DNA of 64,000 nt from Gnetum montanum (lineage: Eukaryota > Plantae > Gnetophyta): NCBI GenBank assembly GCA_015680685.1, contig MNCI01003051.1, forward strand, positions 132,131 through 196,130, written 5' to 3'. The translations under genes and the position numbers were made by a program. The notes beneath the pieces were generated by a model. It was not told the origin of the DNA. It saw nothing but the letters and a program-made list of their open reading frames with translations, and ran no database searches. This document shows positions 50,301-62,800 of this stretch, in pieces (within the stretch, counting starts at the first letter, position 1; every line of letters begins with the position of its first letter).

Positions 50301-53300
50301 CTGGCTCTAGCATTTTTATTTTCATCAATTCCTCTCTTTGGTGTCATCTGCAAAATTCTAATTAGGCAACCTGATGAGGCTGATTAGAGGCTTGCTTTCT
50401 CTGATGGCACATGTAAAAACAACAAAAAGGTAACAACTCTATTTAATAAAACAAAAGAAGGTTCCCTGTACACTGTGCATGTTGTTGTTGAAAAGAAACT
50501 AGGTAAGGGTGTTACTTTTGCTGCTGCAACAAAATGTCAATTTGTAGCATAGACACTTAGGAGATATTGAGCAGATAAGGTTAAAGACACTAAAGTCTAA
50601 ATCTCTTGTTCCTACTTTTACATTTTTAATCCTGGATTTTTGTAGGGATTGTGAAGTTAAAAAATCTCAATAAATTAATTTCCAAAGAAATGAATGTCAT
50701 AGGAGCAAGAACAAGCCAGATTTAATTTATTTAAATAATAGTACTCCATCACCGGGTGGTTCACATTATTTTGTTACAATTATTGATGATTATAGCTGTA
50801 AATTTTGAGTATATCCAATTAAATCAGAGAATATGATGCTGGGTGTTTTTAAGTGATTTGTAGCACAGTGGAAATGCAGATAACACTGGAAGTAAAAGGA
50901 CTTCTTTTGGATAATGAAGGGAAATACGTTGCACAAGAGTTTTTACTTTTGTTCTGGATAGAGAACGATGCATATGTGTACTACCCCAAAAACACCGCAA
51001 CAGAATGGAGTAGAAAAGAGGTAATGTGCCAGGAGTGCAATGGCTGAAGCAAATTTACCAAAAACATGTTGGGCTAAGGCAGTAAGCACTACCGCATATC
51101 TCACTAACAAGTCACATCATTCAACTCTAAATGGAAAAATGCCAAATATTGTATAAAGGGAAAAGAAGATCTCTTATAAGCACTAGATTTTTTAGCTGTG
51201 AAACATATGTTCATGTTCCAAAATCTAACAAGTCCAAGTTGGATGACTGGGCATGGAGATGCACTTTGTTGGATATGGGAGCAATCTTGGCTACACGTTT
51301 TGGGATCCTATTTACAAACAAGTAATCAGATCCAGAGATGTAACCTTTGGAAAAGATTCTTTCTTCTACCCAATGTAGATTAAGGATCAACTGGAAAAAA
51401 TTGTAATTCAAATGTTCCACAGAAGGAGTCCATGAAATGTCCTTAGAATAATGATAGTTAACAGAATAAAGTTATTGCTGAAAGCAATAAACCAATTTCA
51501 CAGCATGTATTAAGTGATAATGAAGATGAATACCAAGGAGAGCATGTAACAGAAAGCAGATAACTGGTTCAAACTGAAGACAGTGAAATTTAAAACACTC
51601 CTTTGCATTGGAAAAGGAGCTCTACACGTGCAACAAAGCCACTTGACATGTATTCTCATTATTTGAATTATGCATTGTTTACTGACTGGAGAACCCGAAA
51701 TTTTGCAGAAGCTAAAACATCTCCAGATGCAAACAAATGAAATGTAGCTATGAAAGAAGAATGACAATCTTTAAAGTAAAAATATACATGGGATTTAGTG
51801 TCTTTGCTTAAAGGAAGACAAATTCTAAGATACTGTTGGATTTACAATTTGAAGACTAAAACAAATCATCAGAAAACATACAAGGCAAGACTAGTGGTAA
51901 AAGAGTTTGCATAGAAACCTAGAATTGATTTTACAGATATTTGTTTACCAGTTGTTAAACATTCTTCAATTGGAATTATTTTATTTTTCGTTGGTTGTTT
52001 GGACTTGAAATTGGAGCAGTTAGATATTAAGACAACTTTCTTTGATAGTTATCTTGATAAAGAGATATACATGCAACGACCTGAAGGATATTTTTAATGT
52101 TCTTTTATTGTTATAATTCCAGGTCATGATTTTTTGAAAAATCTATAATTCAAAATCTATGACATAAAAAAAATCCGCAATCCTATCTGCATTTCAAAAG
52201 TATGAAAAATGTCAATGTTTTAACTACCACCAAAAATATATGCAATTCTATCAACAAAAATCCCACAATCACTAGATTCAGAATTTCCTGTAATTGCAAT
52301 CCAGACTCGCCTTAAACCATAATCACACCTCCAAAATAAACCAGATTCAAATTGAGCCAAAACAACATTCTGTATGGATTCCAATTCCCATTTCATAACC
52401 ACCTGATGTCTGAAAAAGTCATCCAAGTTTGGATTTTTGGTATAAATTAAGCAGTGACAACAAAAAGTACCTAAAGAAACCCAAGACACTTGTTGGATCC
52501 CTATGTTGCATGGCATTTCCATACCAGTGACACATTAACATTTATAACTTATTTGCTATCAAGACAAAAAGAACATGAAAACAAAGTATCCATACAGAGA
52601 ATTATGTGTTTTTAACTAATAAATTGATTATAGTTAACAAAGAGAAAAGAAAATGCCTAAACCAAAACATTCTTTGAAAATGTGCACCTGCAATTGAAAG
52701 AAAGAGATACTTACAACAAGGAAGCCTTCTAACAATGACGCTTTCGTCTGACAAACTCGATCACAGTAAGTTTTCTCAGAAGCATCCTCAGTTGTATTTG
52801 CAAGAAGTTGCCTTTCTGATTTCTTAAGCCTCAAAAGAGGAACAGTATCAAAAGGCTCCGAAACATACAGAAATGAATATGAAATACCGGACTCTTTTAG
52901 TGTCTCAAGAGTGTCTGCTAAAAGTTTTCCTACACAGAGAACAGTAACATAAAATCTTAAAGTCAACCAGGCTGTAGTTGTTGTAAGTATTTCCAAATAA
53001 AAAATTTGAAAACAGTATGTACAAAGTGATGCAAGACCTTCATCAACTTCACGAGAAAGTTGAAATGACGGTAAATAGTTGCACATAAAAATTAAATCTG
53101 TTGCATCACTAGTTTTAGATTCTTTTCTTGCTCTAAGTTCTTCCTGAAAAACAGAAAAAATCTCATCAGTAATAAAATACATAATATATAATAAGGGGAA
53201 AAACTAAGCAACCAAGCCGTACAGTTAAAGATTTAAGCTCAGAAATCTCATCAGAACCATCCATAATGCACTGCTTTGTAACAAAAATGGTGTTGTTCCC

Positions 53301-56231
53301 AAAACCACGGCTACAACTTTTCCTAAAGCCTGAAACCAATGATTGTGCCAGAGTATGACCCTCGTTCGACAGTGATACATATGGAAATGAGAAAGAAGAG
53401 CCTGATTCTTTCAGTGATTCCTGAAACAACATTAACTGAAATCAATTGCTTGTGTACAAAATAACCGTGCCATAAAAATTTACAATCACCTAAAGCATTC
53501 TTCAACAAACTCTCTTAAAAATATGTAGTTATTTGTAGAATAGTTATTAGAGAAGCATCATGGTCTAGTAAGAACACAGCATATTGCATTTATCTATAGA
53601 AAAGGTTTGTGCCAAATAGTAATGATTTGAAACAGTTTTTTCTACAAGCTTGCTTATTTTTTCTATTCGTTTCAAAATAAAAGCACTCAAATAGAGCAAT
53701 CAAACTGAATAGGTGAAATAGTGTTGGTTTTCATGCACATGCCAGAATCTTGTCAAACAGAATTTGACAACAGACTAAACATATTTGCAGTTTTTTAATT
53801 AGGCATTTCAGGCTGAACATCTTCATTATTCTATTCATCTAGTTGTATCTGCTTATTAGTATATATGTTAACTGCCCAGATGCAAAGTTTAGGTGCAATG
53901 TGTACTGTGCGATGGTGATTCTATACAATTTTGTAGTGTATCCTACAATTCAAATGCAAAGCTCACAAAAGACGATGAACTATTCATTAATCACTTTGTA
54001 ACCTGTATTAGTAGTTCCACAAGAAATCACAATGACAATTATGTTTTTTGTAAGTTGTAGCCATGAATTTCCATTAAACCATTAGGAATAGATAACAATC
54101 AACCTATCTGCAATTTAAGGCACTTAAAATTCTAATCTTGATGGAAATTCTACATACGATGAGACATAATCACATATGTATAAGGCTTCACCACAAATTA
54201 AAAATCAAAGTCTGAATTTATTTAGTACAAATTAAAAGTGTTTTTTTTTTGTGAAATTGCCCTCTAAAAGAAGTCCACAAGAAACTGATTCGTGGGAATA
54301 ACCAATTTTAAAAATGGATATATAATAAAGTCCAAACAATCTTAGCTCATGAAAAAGCCTTCATATATTAAATGCTGTTATTTATATTACCAATCAAATT
54401 AATAAATTACAGCTAATTTTCATGTTCAAGACAGGGAAATTTGAAGGTTTAAATGGACATTTTTAAAGATTTTGAAAACAGCACTCTACAATAAATTTAT
54501 ATTTAATTCACACAATTAATATACATATAACTTATTTTAAACAGAAATAGAGCAAAAAAATGATAAATGGATAAATGCTTAAGTCATTAAATTGCTTTAA
54601 AAAGGTAACATAGTCTTAACATAGACACAGGATAGTGATTATAAGAAATGGTTGCATGTTCATTGCTTCTTACCTTTAACAAATTTATAAGTTTTGCATC
54701 TACATTTCTTGTACGTGAAAGATCAGTTGACCGTAGCTGCAAAATTAGATAGACACTTAGCATTTCATGAGGCATTTCATCACAAATATCATCTCTGCAA
54801 ACATGGCTCAGATATGAAACCACTAAAATAAGCTGTTGTAATATATTACTTGAAATACAAAATTAAAGAAAATTAAACTCAACATACCCTGTTACCAATA
54901 AAGACCAAGGCTACATCCATGGAGTGATCTGGTTTCGCCCCATCGCACTGCATTAGCAACAGACAAAGACGTTTACTACATAATAAGTTTGTTTTGATGA
55001 AGCAGCCCATGAAGTAACATTAATTAGGTATAAGTATTCCACAGACCGAAGATGTTAGGCCTTCCTAGAGTAGACTGCAAGACATGTAATGAACAGTGAA
55101 GAATCATGTATATACGGTTTGAATCCTTGCTGGATTTTAAAAAAAAAAAAAAGGTTTATGGTTTCATAACAAATGTGTAAAAATTCGGTTCTATCCTGGA
55201 ACTCGAGTTTGAGAGGTCATGGATGGACCTCCTTGCAAAATGGCAACAAGCATAACATATGTGATGTATTTGAAAAAATCCATAGATAACATATACAACC
55301 ACAATAATAAATGTATTACCAAGAAGTCTGCCCAGCCCCCAACGTTCAGGACATTTTTCGCCAAATCTTTAGATGGAATGGTGTTGTAATCCATATCATC
55401 TTGCCTGTCTACACTGAGAGATCTGATAAAGAAAACCAACAGCTTTATTTTCAGATAAGAAAAAGAACAATGCTTGAATCAAAGATTTCGGGAACAGCAA
55501 TGAAGAGTTTTTTAATAAATCGGATTTAATAACAATACTTTCAACTCCATATTTCAACCGGCTGGTTATTTTACACAAAAGTCATTTTTAAGGAAAAACG
55601 AAATCCACCTACTCCACATGATAATATCTGTAGAACCGTAAAGAACCAACAGTGAATTCAACGGTTACAATCACAGAAGGCTTTTCTAATCTGTCTATCA
55701 CCTTAAGGAGAGGCACAAAAAAAGTATCGAGCCTTTCAACTGCTTCTACATGGCCTGCTTACAAAGCTAACTAATCTTGAACTTTATGTTTCGGAAATTC
55801 ATGCATTTCAATTTGTCTCTCCTTACGGTATTCACTATATGAACCTACGATTTAGCTGGAATCTGCCTTACCGGCCAAATAAAAACAATAATAACCAATC
55901 CAGGGCTCATAACCTTTTGTATTAATTTTTTTTTAATTGATGTCAGTGAAAGAAGAAAAAAATCAACAGTGGGGGATACGAAATCCTTGTAATATATGGT
56001 TTGAATTTTTCCGGATCGAATCAGCAGTTGGATTGGCTGTTTGTAAATCAAAAAAATTAAAATTCAGATTATACTTTGAAGATCAAGTAAATTGCCGAAA
56101 ACGGAATGAAATGCAAACCTGGATGGATTGTGAGACCATAGAAATGCCGGCACGGTATCTAAAGGAATAGCAGAGGCAACAATGAAATGAGCGACAGCAA
56201 ACGAAATCCAGAATAGCATTGGCCGTGTCAT
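23234..56231 (-). CDS. V-ATPase accessory subunit AP1/Ac45/Voa1-like type-I membrane protein (At3g13410-like), 8 exons: complement(join(23234..23323,52715..52929,53038..53143,53223..53420,54674..54736,54888..54947,55320..55422,56119..56231)), 315 aa
   Basis: Manual splicing gives GT-AG introns with consistent phases and 948 nt in total. The product has a signal peptide, then TVPAFLWS, YNTIPSKDLAKNVLNVGGWADFLC, DVALVFIG, FSFPYV, FLYVSEP, CDRVCQTKASLLEGFLV and C-terminal TM SLVLLIILLSGLCCMSGIQSPKRFETPRE*. This is colinear with the At3g13410 protein as I recall it. Confidence 0.9.
24813..24893 (+). repeat. tRNA-derived SINE-like head
   Basis: A box TAGCCTAGTGG and B box GTTCAAATCC; similar copy at 56708-56790 (-). 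Confidence 0.5.
26390..27645 (+). mobile_element. Second RTEX-like LINE fragment
   Basis: GVKQGFLLLPTLFGIFIDEL, LLIFEDDVAL, MKVNVDKTEV, RMGSHHLQVETRR; ends AATAAAA + (TATCAG)-type tail. Confidence 0.7.
29140..30940 (+). mobile_element. Small non-coding LTR-type element (TRIM/LARD-like) with internal ~40-bp tandem repeats
   Basis: Direct repeats ~29140-29370 and ~30660-30890, each followed by ATCAGAGC/ATTAGAGC PBS-like sequence; GATAGATTGTTCTTG..GGTTCATTG repeats at 30100-30450. Confidence 0.5.
36254..40892 (+). mobile_element. Degenerate 5'-truncated RTEX-like LINE (APE-RT-CCHC) inserted in Copia A RT
   Basis: APE IYGDFNVRIG; RT KVKQGYPLSPTLFNIFID and LLYVDD; C-terminal LRFSLHHLRIESEK...CRLC...ENELHVFLFKC; AATAAAGC..TTGAA end. 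Removing it restores Copia RT VKFSILLLYVD. Confidence 0.78.
37040..38764 (+). mobile_element. ORF1-only (DUF4283) L1-type non-LTR element with poly(A) and 16-bp TSD
   Basis: TSD AGTTTAGCTAAGGCAT at 37024-37039 and 38765-38780; A-run at 38757; ORF1 RSLLGKF...LLFSFQTDKDRKRALLRGPWFY...VWIRLFDLPLEY; no EN/RT motifs. Confidence 0.85.
41084..43994 (+). mobile_element. Internally deleted Ty1/Copia element B (Ale/Retrofit-like), 232-bp LTRs
   Basis: LTRs 41084-41315 and 43763-43994 (~9 differences); TSD ATATA; PBS TGGTATCAGAACC; PPT GAGGGGGAG; PR WIVDTGA, GAG-pre-integrase WHKRLGHPS, INT, partial RT, RH QHDRMKHVRID...KLGMIDIYPPA*. Confidence 0.93.
41457..41680 (+). repeat. 112-bp tandem duplication covering the protease motif of Copia B
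   Basis: 41457-41568 and 41569-41680, AGC microhomology, 3 differences. Confidence 0.85.
46399..48833 (+). mobile_element. Non-autonomous gag-only Copia derivative (TR-GAG-like), complete copy
   Basis: ~515-bp LTRs (46399-~46918, ~48320-48833); PBS-like TTGTATCAGAGC ~46923; gag remnant (STLDLLRKL...LSRSWGHVMTTI) and knuckle CRKCGKYTHVKKD; no pol; purine tract before the 3' LTR. Confidence 0.72.
50740..52095 (+). mobile_element. Highly degenerate Copia INT-RT fragment related to Copia A
   Basis: YFVTIIDDY, WAKAVSTTAYLTNKS, YKARLVVK, VVKHSSI, QLDIKTTF. Confidence 0.75.
52715..52929 (-). CDS. Exon 7 of AP1-like gene
   Basis: GKLLADTLETLKESG...CDRVCQTKASLLEGFLV; GTGTAG acceptor, GTAAGT donor at 52714. 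Confidence 0.9.
53038..53143 (-). CDS. Exon 6 of AP1-like gene
   Basis: EELRARKESKTSDATDLIFMC...; TTTCAG acceptor, weak GTCTTG donor. Confidence 0.8.
53223..53420 (-). CDS. Exon 5 of AP1-like gene
   Basis: ESLKESGSSFSFPYVS...ISELKSLT; TTTCAG acceptor, GTACGG donor. Confidence 0.85.
54674..54736 (-). CDS. Exon 4 of AP1-like gene
   Basis: LRSTDLSRTRNVDAKLINLLK; TTGCAG acceptor, GTAAGA donor. Confidence 0.88.
54888..54947 (-). CDS. Exon 3 of AP1-like gene
   Basis: CDGAKPDHSMDVALVFIGNR; TGCAG acceptor, GTATGT donor. Confidence 0.88.
55320..55422 (-). CDS. Exon 2 of AP1-like gene
   Basis: Acceptor TTTATCAG at 55423, donor GTAATA at 55319; SLSVDRQDDMDYNTIPSKDLAKNVLNVGGWADFL. Confidence 0.88.
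56119..56231 (-). CDS. Exon 1 of AP1-like gene (signal peptide, MTRPMLFWISFAVAHFIVASAIPLDTVPAFLWSHNPS)
   Basis: ATG at 56231; donor AG|GTTTGC at 56118. Confidence 0.85.
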
Positions 56232-56707
56232 GTTGCCCGTTGTGCAATGGCAATTCGCAATTCAGCAAAATTATGAATCCGGGCGGCGAAGCAACGCTAA
56301 AATCTTTCACAGCATGAGCATGGAATACGCATTTGTATACCGGCTTCTGGGACTATATCATGTCCAAGAGCATTAATTCTGCTGTTTTGACTTCCCGACG
56401 CGTGATAACCTGTTTTTTGACAGGTAAATGCAAAATATTGTCATAATCGACATCGAAGTGAAATTGCTTGGGCATGGTAATAATTTATGATGTGTTTACA
56501 ATTTTGTGTCTAGGAAAACCTTCTACCCAAAATGTGTAATTATGTGGAGGAATTAATTTATAACATGGTTCTTCCCCTCTTTTGTCGAGTTGTGTTTTCT
56601 GGATTATGTTGTTTAGTAATGTTAAGTTGGACATGGTGTTGGAATGCCAAAATAATTGTAATTTAGGTACACTACAATACACAATTCAATTAGAACTTTA
56701 TAATTTA

Positions 56708-56790
56708 GGGTTGCTCATCAGAATTGAATCTATGACTTAGAGCTTTCAAATCAAGAGTCTTACCACTAAGCTAACACCTCATGGCTAGTT
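56708..56790 (-). repeat. tRNA-derived SINE-like head
   Basis: Minus strand GGTGTTAGCTTAGTGGTAAGACTCTTG...GATTCAATTCT..GAGCAA, similar to 24813-24893. Confidence 0.5.
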
Positions 56791-56827
56791 GCACAACATT
56801 TGGGTGAGGTGGGGTGAGACCAATGGA

Positions 56828-58960
56828 GAATAGACCCCAAAAAAATGCATAATAATATTTAAAAAATTCAAAGTATATCATATCATCAAAAGAGAATCTA
56901 TAAAAAGCTTAACGGTTTTGAAGATGCTTTTTCATATTTTCATCTTTACAACCAATCCTGAAAAATGTTCCCTCTAGGGTAGAAAAAGGATCAGGCATTG
57001 CCCTTATTCAGACACACCCTCACAAGTTTTCACTACTTACTAAAGGGTTTCCTAGAAAGAGAATGAGAAGACTCTCTTTAAAGATAAAAGAATACATCAA
57101 GGAGAAATAATAAATAAATAGCAACAAAAACTTAAAGCTTCTCATCGTTTGAGCTTTTAAAACAAAAAGAAATTAATACTCTAGAAAATAAAATAATTAT
57201 TCAACTTTCATTGGAGCTTTTTTACTTGAAGCTATAGCTAAAAATTGACATCTTTCATAATATGGTATTTAATTCCTAAAGAGAGGTCAAAAATAGCTAC
57301 ACACTAAAGCTTCCAAATAGAGTAGAGAATAAGTAGTCAAAAACATTTCTAAATGCAAAGAAATGAGGTAGACACAACAAGTTGATCACCAAGAATGACT
57401 TTATTGATGCTTAGTGAAAAGTTATTACAAATTATAGATGTCCATTTCCAAATATGTTGAGCAATAAGACACTTAAAAAAAATGAGAAAATGAGTCTTTA
57501 CTCTTGCAATAGGACAATGAGGAAAACCAGTTCTCATATGTTAGAGATGAGTGCCAATAATAAAACCTTGATGAATAAGACACCATAAAAAAATATGAAT
57601 TTTAGAAAAGGTGTGAGCTCTTCAAATATCTTTCATTTTGCTCATCCAAAAATGCAATGATAATTGCATTTTCCATGTCCTATTGAATTTGTTATGAATA
57701 AAATCATTATTTGTAATAATCTCGTAAGTAATTTTCAAATTAAAAAGAAAAAAAATTACCATCCTTCAAAAAAAATATTTGAAAAAGCCTAATGTAAGTT
57801 ATTGCACAACATTTGTACTTAAAAGGTGCTAGATTTAATGCTTAGCAACATGGACATCCTTTTGCAAGAGAAAGAGGAGATAGAATCAAAGTAACTTCAT
57901 TATATATACACTGCAAGACATATAGCTAACATGATACATTAAAAGAATTATAGAGGGATGGGGGTGTTAGGCCCTAAAAAATGAATAATAATATTTTAAA
58001 AATTCAAAGTACATTAAATCATCGAAGAGAGAGTCTAAAGAAAACGTTCAATGGTTTTGAGGATACTTTTTCATGTTTTCATCCTTATAACTAATCCTGA
58101 AAAATATTTCCTCTAAGATACGAAAAGAATCAAGCCTTACCCTTATTCAGAAGCACCCTCACGGGTTTTCACTTCTTACTAGAGGATTTCTATGTAAATA
58201 GAAGGAGAAAACTCTCTCTAAAGAAAAAAGAATACATCAATCTATAAAAAAAGAACAAATAACAACAAAAGCTGCAAGCTTCCCATTCTTAAGCCTTAAA
58301 AACAAAAAAGAAATTACTATTGTAGAAAACAAATTAATTATTTAGCTTTGACTGAGAGCTTTTTTTGCTTGAAGTTGTAGCTAAAAAGTAACATTTTTGA
58401 AAATATGGTATTTTACACCTAAAGAGGTATCATAGTTATACTCTTGCTGCTAGAAAATAATTGCACACTGAAGCTCCCAGGTAGAGTAGAGAAAGTGGTT
58501 GAAGACAATTCCAAATGCAAAGAAATAAAATAAACAAAATAGGCTAATCTCCAAGAACAACTTCATTGATGCTTAGTTGAAAGTTGTTATGAATTATGAA
58601 TATCCACTTTCAAGCATGCCAAGCAACAAGATACTCAAAAAAACATGAGAAAATGAGTATTCACTTCCACCAAGAGGACATTGAGGAGAAACATTTTTCA
58701 TATGTTTAAAACTAGTGCTGATAGAAAGACTTTGATGAATAAGAAACCATAAAAAATTACAAATTGTAGAAAAATGGAGGAGCTCTCTATCTTTCATTTT
58801 ACTCATCCAAAATTATGATGATAATTGTATTTTCTAGGACTTATTGAATTTGTTATGAATAAAATCATTCTTTGTAATAATTGTTAATACACAACTTTCA
58901 AATTAAATGGAAAAACATATATACCATCCTTCTAAAAAATATATGGAAAAGCCTAATGCA
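56828..58960 (+). mobile_element. Pair of diverged ~1-kb direct repeats (LTR-like) with ~170-bp spacer ending in a PPT
   Basis: ~56830-57795 colinear with 57965-58960; AGAGGGATGGGGG immediately before TGTTAGG at 57965. Confidence 0.65.
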
Positions 58961-59849
58961 AATTGTTACTTTAAATAAATTCTAAAGATTAGAATTTAAT
59001 TTTTCAAATTTTTTTCTCTTTTTATTCAAACCATAGAGGCTAGAAGCTTCATTCTAAGTAATCCATATATCATGCATACATACATAAGAAACTACAATGA
59101 TACCAAGTCTGCTCCAAGTGGTACATAATCTAGATGCATTAATAGCCCAAGCTCCTTCATTAAAAGAAAGCCACCATGGGCTAATTTGCTTAAGCTAATC
59201 TTCTAAAACTATAATATGGTTGTAATTCTAATATTTACTAAGCTTGCACCGTGTCTTCCAAATTTATTTAAGAATTGGAGGACCAACAATAGAAATGACA
59301 TAAGGAAAAATAAGACAATGAAGAAAATTATTAGAAGATCAACTATTCTCATTCTTCCATTTTTCTTACATAAGTTTGTTTCTTAAAAGAAGCATCCAAG
59401 CATCATTTCCATTAATGCACTTTGTAAACCATTTTGTTGCAAGAGAAATAACCTGGTTATAACAATTAATGAGACCAAGTCCTCCATATTTCTTACTACT
59501 AGTGCAAATATCTCAAGCAAATCTAGTGATAAATTCAATTTTTGTTGCTCTATGATATCGCATCTACAATATCGTAGCAACAATGTCATAGATATGATGT
59601 TGTAAAACTTACTACGTCATCATTGATATGATGTCTTAGGATGCGTGCAACCCTATAAATACTAATACTTGAATGCACAATCAACAACTTTTTATTCCAA
59701 GTCTTAGGGAAACTCATGCAGTTTGCTTTCTTAGTTAACGATAGAGTGAATGCCTGTAATGCGACGTTTAGTAGTTGAACAGAATCTTTATTTGAGTGAA
59801 TTGTACTTGAATGTAGTTCATGATGACAATAAAGATCAAGATTGCTTTC

Positions 59850-62800
59850 CATCATTATAGCATCCACTTGGTTTCATTTGTTTACTTAGCATAATTTTTA
59901 CTGTTCTCTTAGCCTAATTATTTGCATTTCCAAAGCACATTATTTTATTTGTTCATTAGTAAAGAGAAATGAATACGACTAGTTTCGAGCATTAAAGTGT
60001 AATCGTTTGGTAACCCAATAGTGGTTTCACTTGACTCTCTCCGTGATGAATTCACTTGGTAATCCCACTAATGGTTACATGAGTTCAAGGTGTGTTTAGT
60101 AAGCCACGAATGGATGCTCATAGCTATAGGATAGAATAGATTTACATTCTTATCATTACTTAGATTTATCATTTAACTTCATTTCCATTATGTTTGTACT
60201 TAGGAGTAAAATGATCCCTACAACATCACATAACATATGCCTTACTATGAGTTAAACCATACACTTAGACTTCATTAACTTAAGGTGAGAAGACAACAAT
60301 CATGAACTTAATATCAATCACTAGCATAATTACATTGTTTATCCATGAATTATGATTTGGTCATGCGCTAGCACTCATGACTTGTATGGTATAGTGTTGG
60401 GATTACTCCATCGCTCATCATTAGTGTTGTTGTCAAGGATGTGTCAATGTGTGCTAAGTAATTGATCTTACAAAGTTTGTTGTATTAAGAACCATAAAGT
60501 CAATCTTTGTATTTGTAAGTAATCCTAATAACACACACACTTAACCAAGTGTCACACATATCAAATGGCTTCAACACTTAAGGAAAAACTGTTGCCTGGC
60601 AAAGAGTTATAAAGGGGCAATGACAGAACAAATGATGATGAAGACTAGAGTATTCCTATGCAAACACGAATCTCATATGCTCACAATGATCCTTACTACC
60701 ATTATTTCACATTCATCTTTCACCAAGATGGGCAATTGAGGTGGAGAGACCTATAGGGCAACATCGTTTTACCTCTAGAGTCTTCAGCACCCACCATGCT
60801 TCAAACAGCTTTAAGGGGAATGAAACTGAGCCATATGTAAGAAAGGATACCATATAACCAAACACATGATAAGACCCTATCAACCCATAGAGGCACAAAT
60901 GTAGAGAGACATTGCTATGGAAATCAAATACGAGCATAACAAAGGAAAGCAAGTTAACTCTCCTGTTTCTCTAGAAGAACTTGATGGTGATGCATTTGTA
61001 GTAGAAAAACTCCATCATAATCATGAAGTCCATTCAGAAACGTCTATTATTTATCTAGAAGAACCTATCAAGGTGCAACCACATTTAGCCCTTGTAGAGA
61101 CACCAAGAAGAGAAGCAAAGAACTCTAAGTACAAGTAAGACTCAAGGCCTGGAGTTTCTACTAGATCACAAAGAGATGAACTCTAGAGTCATAGANTTGG
61201 AGTTTCTACTAGATCACAAAGAGATGAACTCTAGAGTCATAGAAGGAGAACTAGCTGGCATCATTCTCAACTGCTTTGTCTTCCTCCTCATGATCATCAA
61301 TGGACTTTGATAGAAGGGAATGAAGGTACAATGAGCATGATAGGGAGAGACATCAAGCTCATGATAGACATGAGTATCACCCAAGATACCTTAATGAAGA
61401 AGATGAAAAGCATGAACAACAAAGGAACAAGGACAAACATGCAGAGAGAGAGAGAGAGGGATACAAGTATCAAAGAGGGCATCACTACAATCGAGCATAC
61501 AAACCCTATGATCATGTTGGCTACTTGCAACATGATCAACATAAGGGAAGTAATATACATTCCAAACTAGGCACGTGAGAGATAGTCACATCAAGTGACT
61601 TGATATGAACAATATTCCTAAGTTTGAAGGTGGGTATACTACAAATCCACTACATCACCTTCAAGCATTTCATGATGCATGTGCCCTACAAAATATTGAA
61701 AGTGACTAGTAAAAACTTAAGTTGTTCCCTTGGACACTCATTAAGGAGGCAGAAAGTTGGTACAAATCGTTAGAACCTAAATTTATCAGAAAGTGGAGTA
61801 TCATGCTTAAGCTTTTTAATGACAAATACCAAATCTACTCTTAAGTGTCCAATCTCAGAAAGTAGATCTAGGGCTGGAAGTAAGGGATACACGAATCCCT
61901 TGATGCGGTGATGGATAGATACTACTCTCTTTTGCATAGGTACCCAGGCCATGGATTTTCCCAAAGGGAGTAGTTTAGGCATATTGTCGATGCATTGAGG
62001 AATAAAACCAGGGAAAACCTTGGGGTTTATGCCCAACAAAGACTATTAGAAATGACCACCCATCAAATTCAAAGGCTAATTGACCACTTGGTGAAGAAAG
62101 AAAGTGAATTGAAGAATAGAGAATTAGCTAAGGAGTATAACTAAGATCCATCTATCCGAAAAAGAGATATATGAATATGTAATAAGCAAGAGGAAGAAAC
62201 CTTAGAAGAGGTGATATAGAAAAAGACTCTACCAACCCAAAAGTTTGTTAGTGACATAGCAATCAAGGTAGAGAAGATGTGGGGCTTGATGGATGAAAAA
62301 TTTGCTACAACCTTAAAAATCATAGAGGAAAGAACTAAACAAGCCTTTAATAAGGGCAAGAAGAAGAAATAAAAAAGATACTACAAATGAAAAGGAAAAG
62401 TTGCTTTAATGGAAGAATATTTAGACTCAAGCTCAAAGGATAAGGAAGGGTGTACAGTGTGCTGGTACAAACATCCTAAGGGATGTTGTCCTGTGATGGC
62501 ACATTTGCAAGAATCAAGGGCATATGCACTTAATCCAAGATTCGTCAAAAAACAAATGCCAAAATGGTTACCTTAACCTCAAGGTAACTATTGACAAACC
62601 TTCCAACTAGCCTACTATCCAAGTGGAGCTTACCCACAACCATAGGAGTAATATCAACAATGATCATAGCAACCACAATCGTGGGTAATGCCATCACAAA
62701 GGTAGAAATACCCATATCAACAAGCAAACCCTTATGGATATTATGTGCATCATCTAATATCTCTAGGAAATGCAACAATTCATACTTCTCAATACTATCC

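Noticed and set aside
49140-50600. Possible DNA-transposon remnant on the minus strand
   Set aside because: No transposase motif or TIR could be recognised with confidence.
52634-53182. 182-aa ORF as a stand-alone gene
   Set aside because: It is exons 6 and 7 of the AP1-like gene read through an in-frame 108-bp intron.
61149-61243. Exact ~47-bp tandem duplication
   Set aside because: The copies flank a single N, typical of an unmerged contig overlap; likely an assembly artefact.
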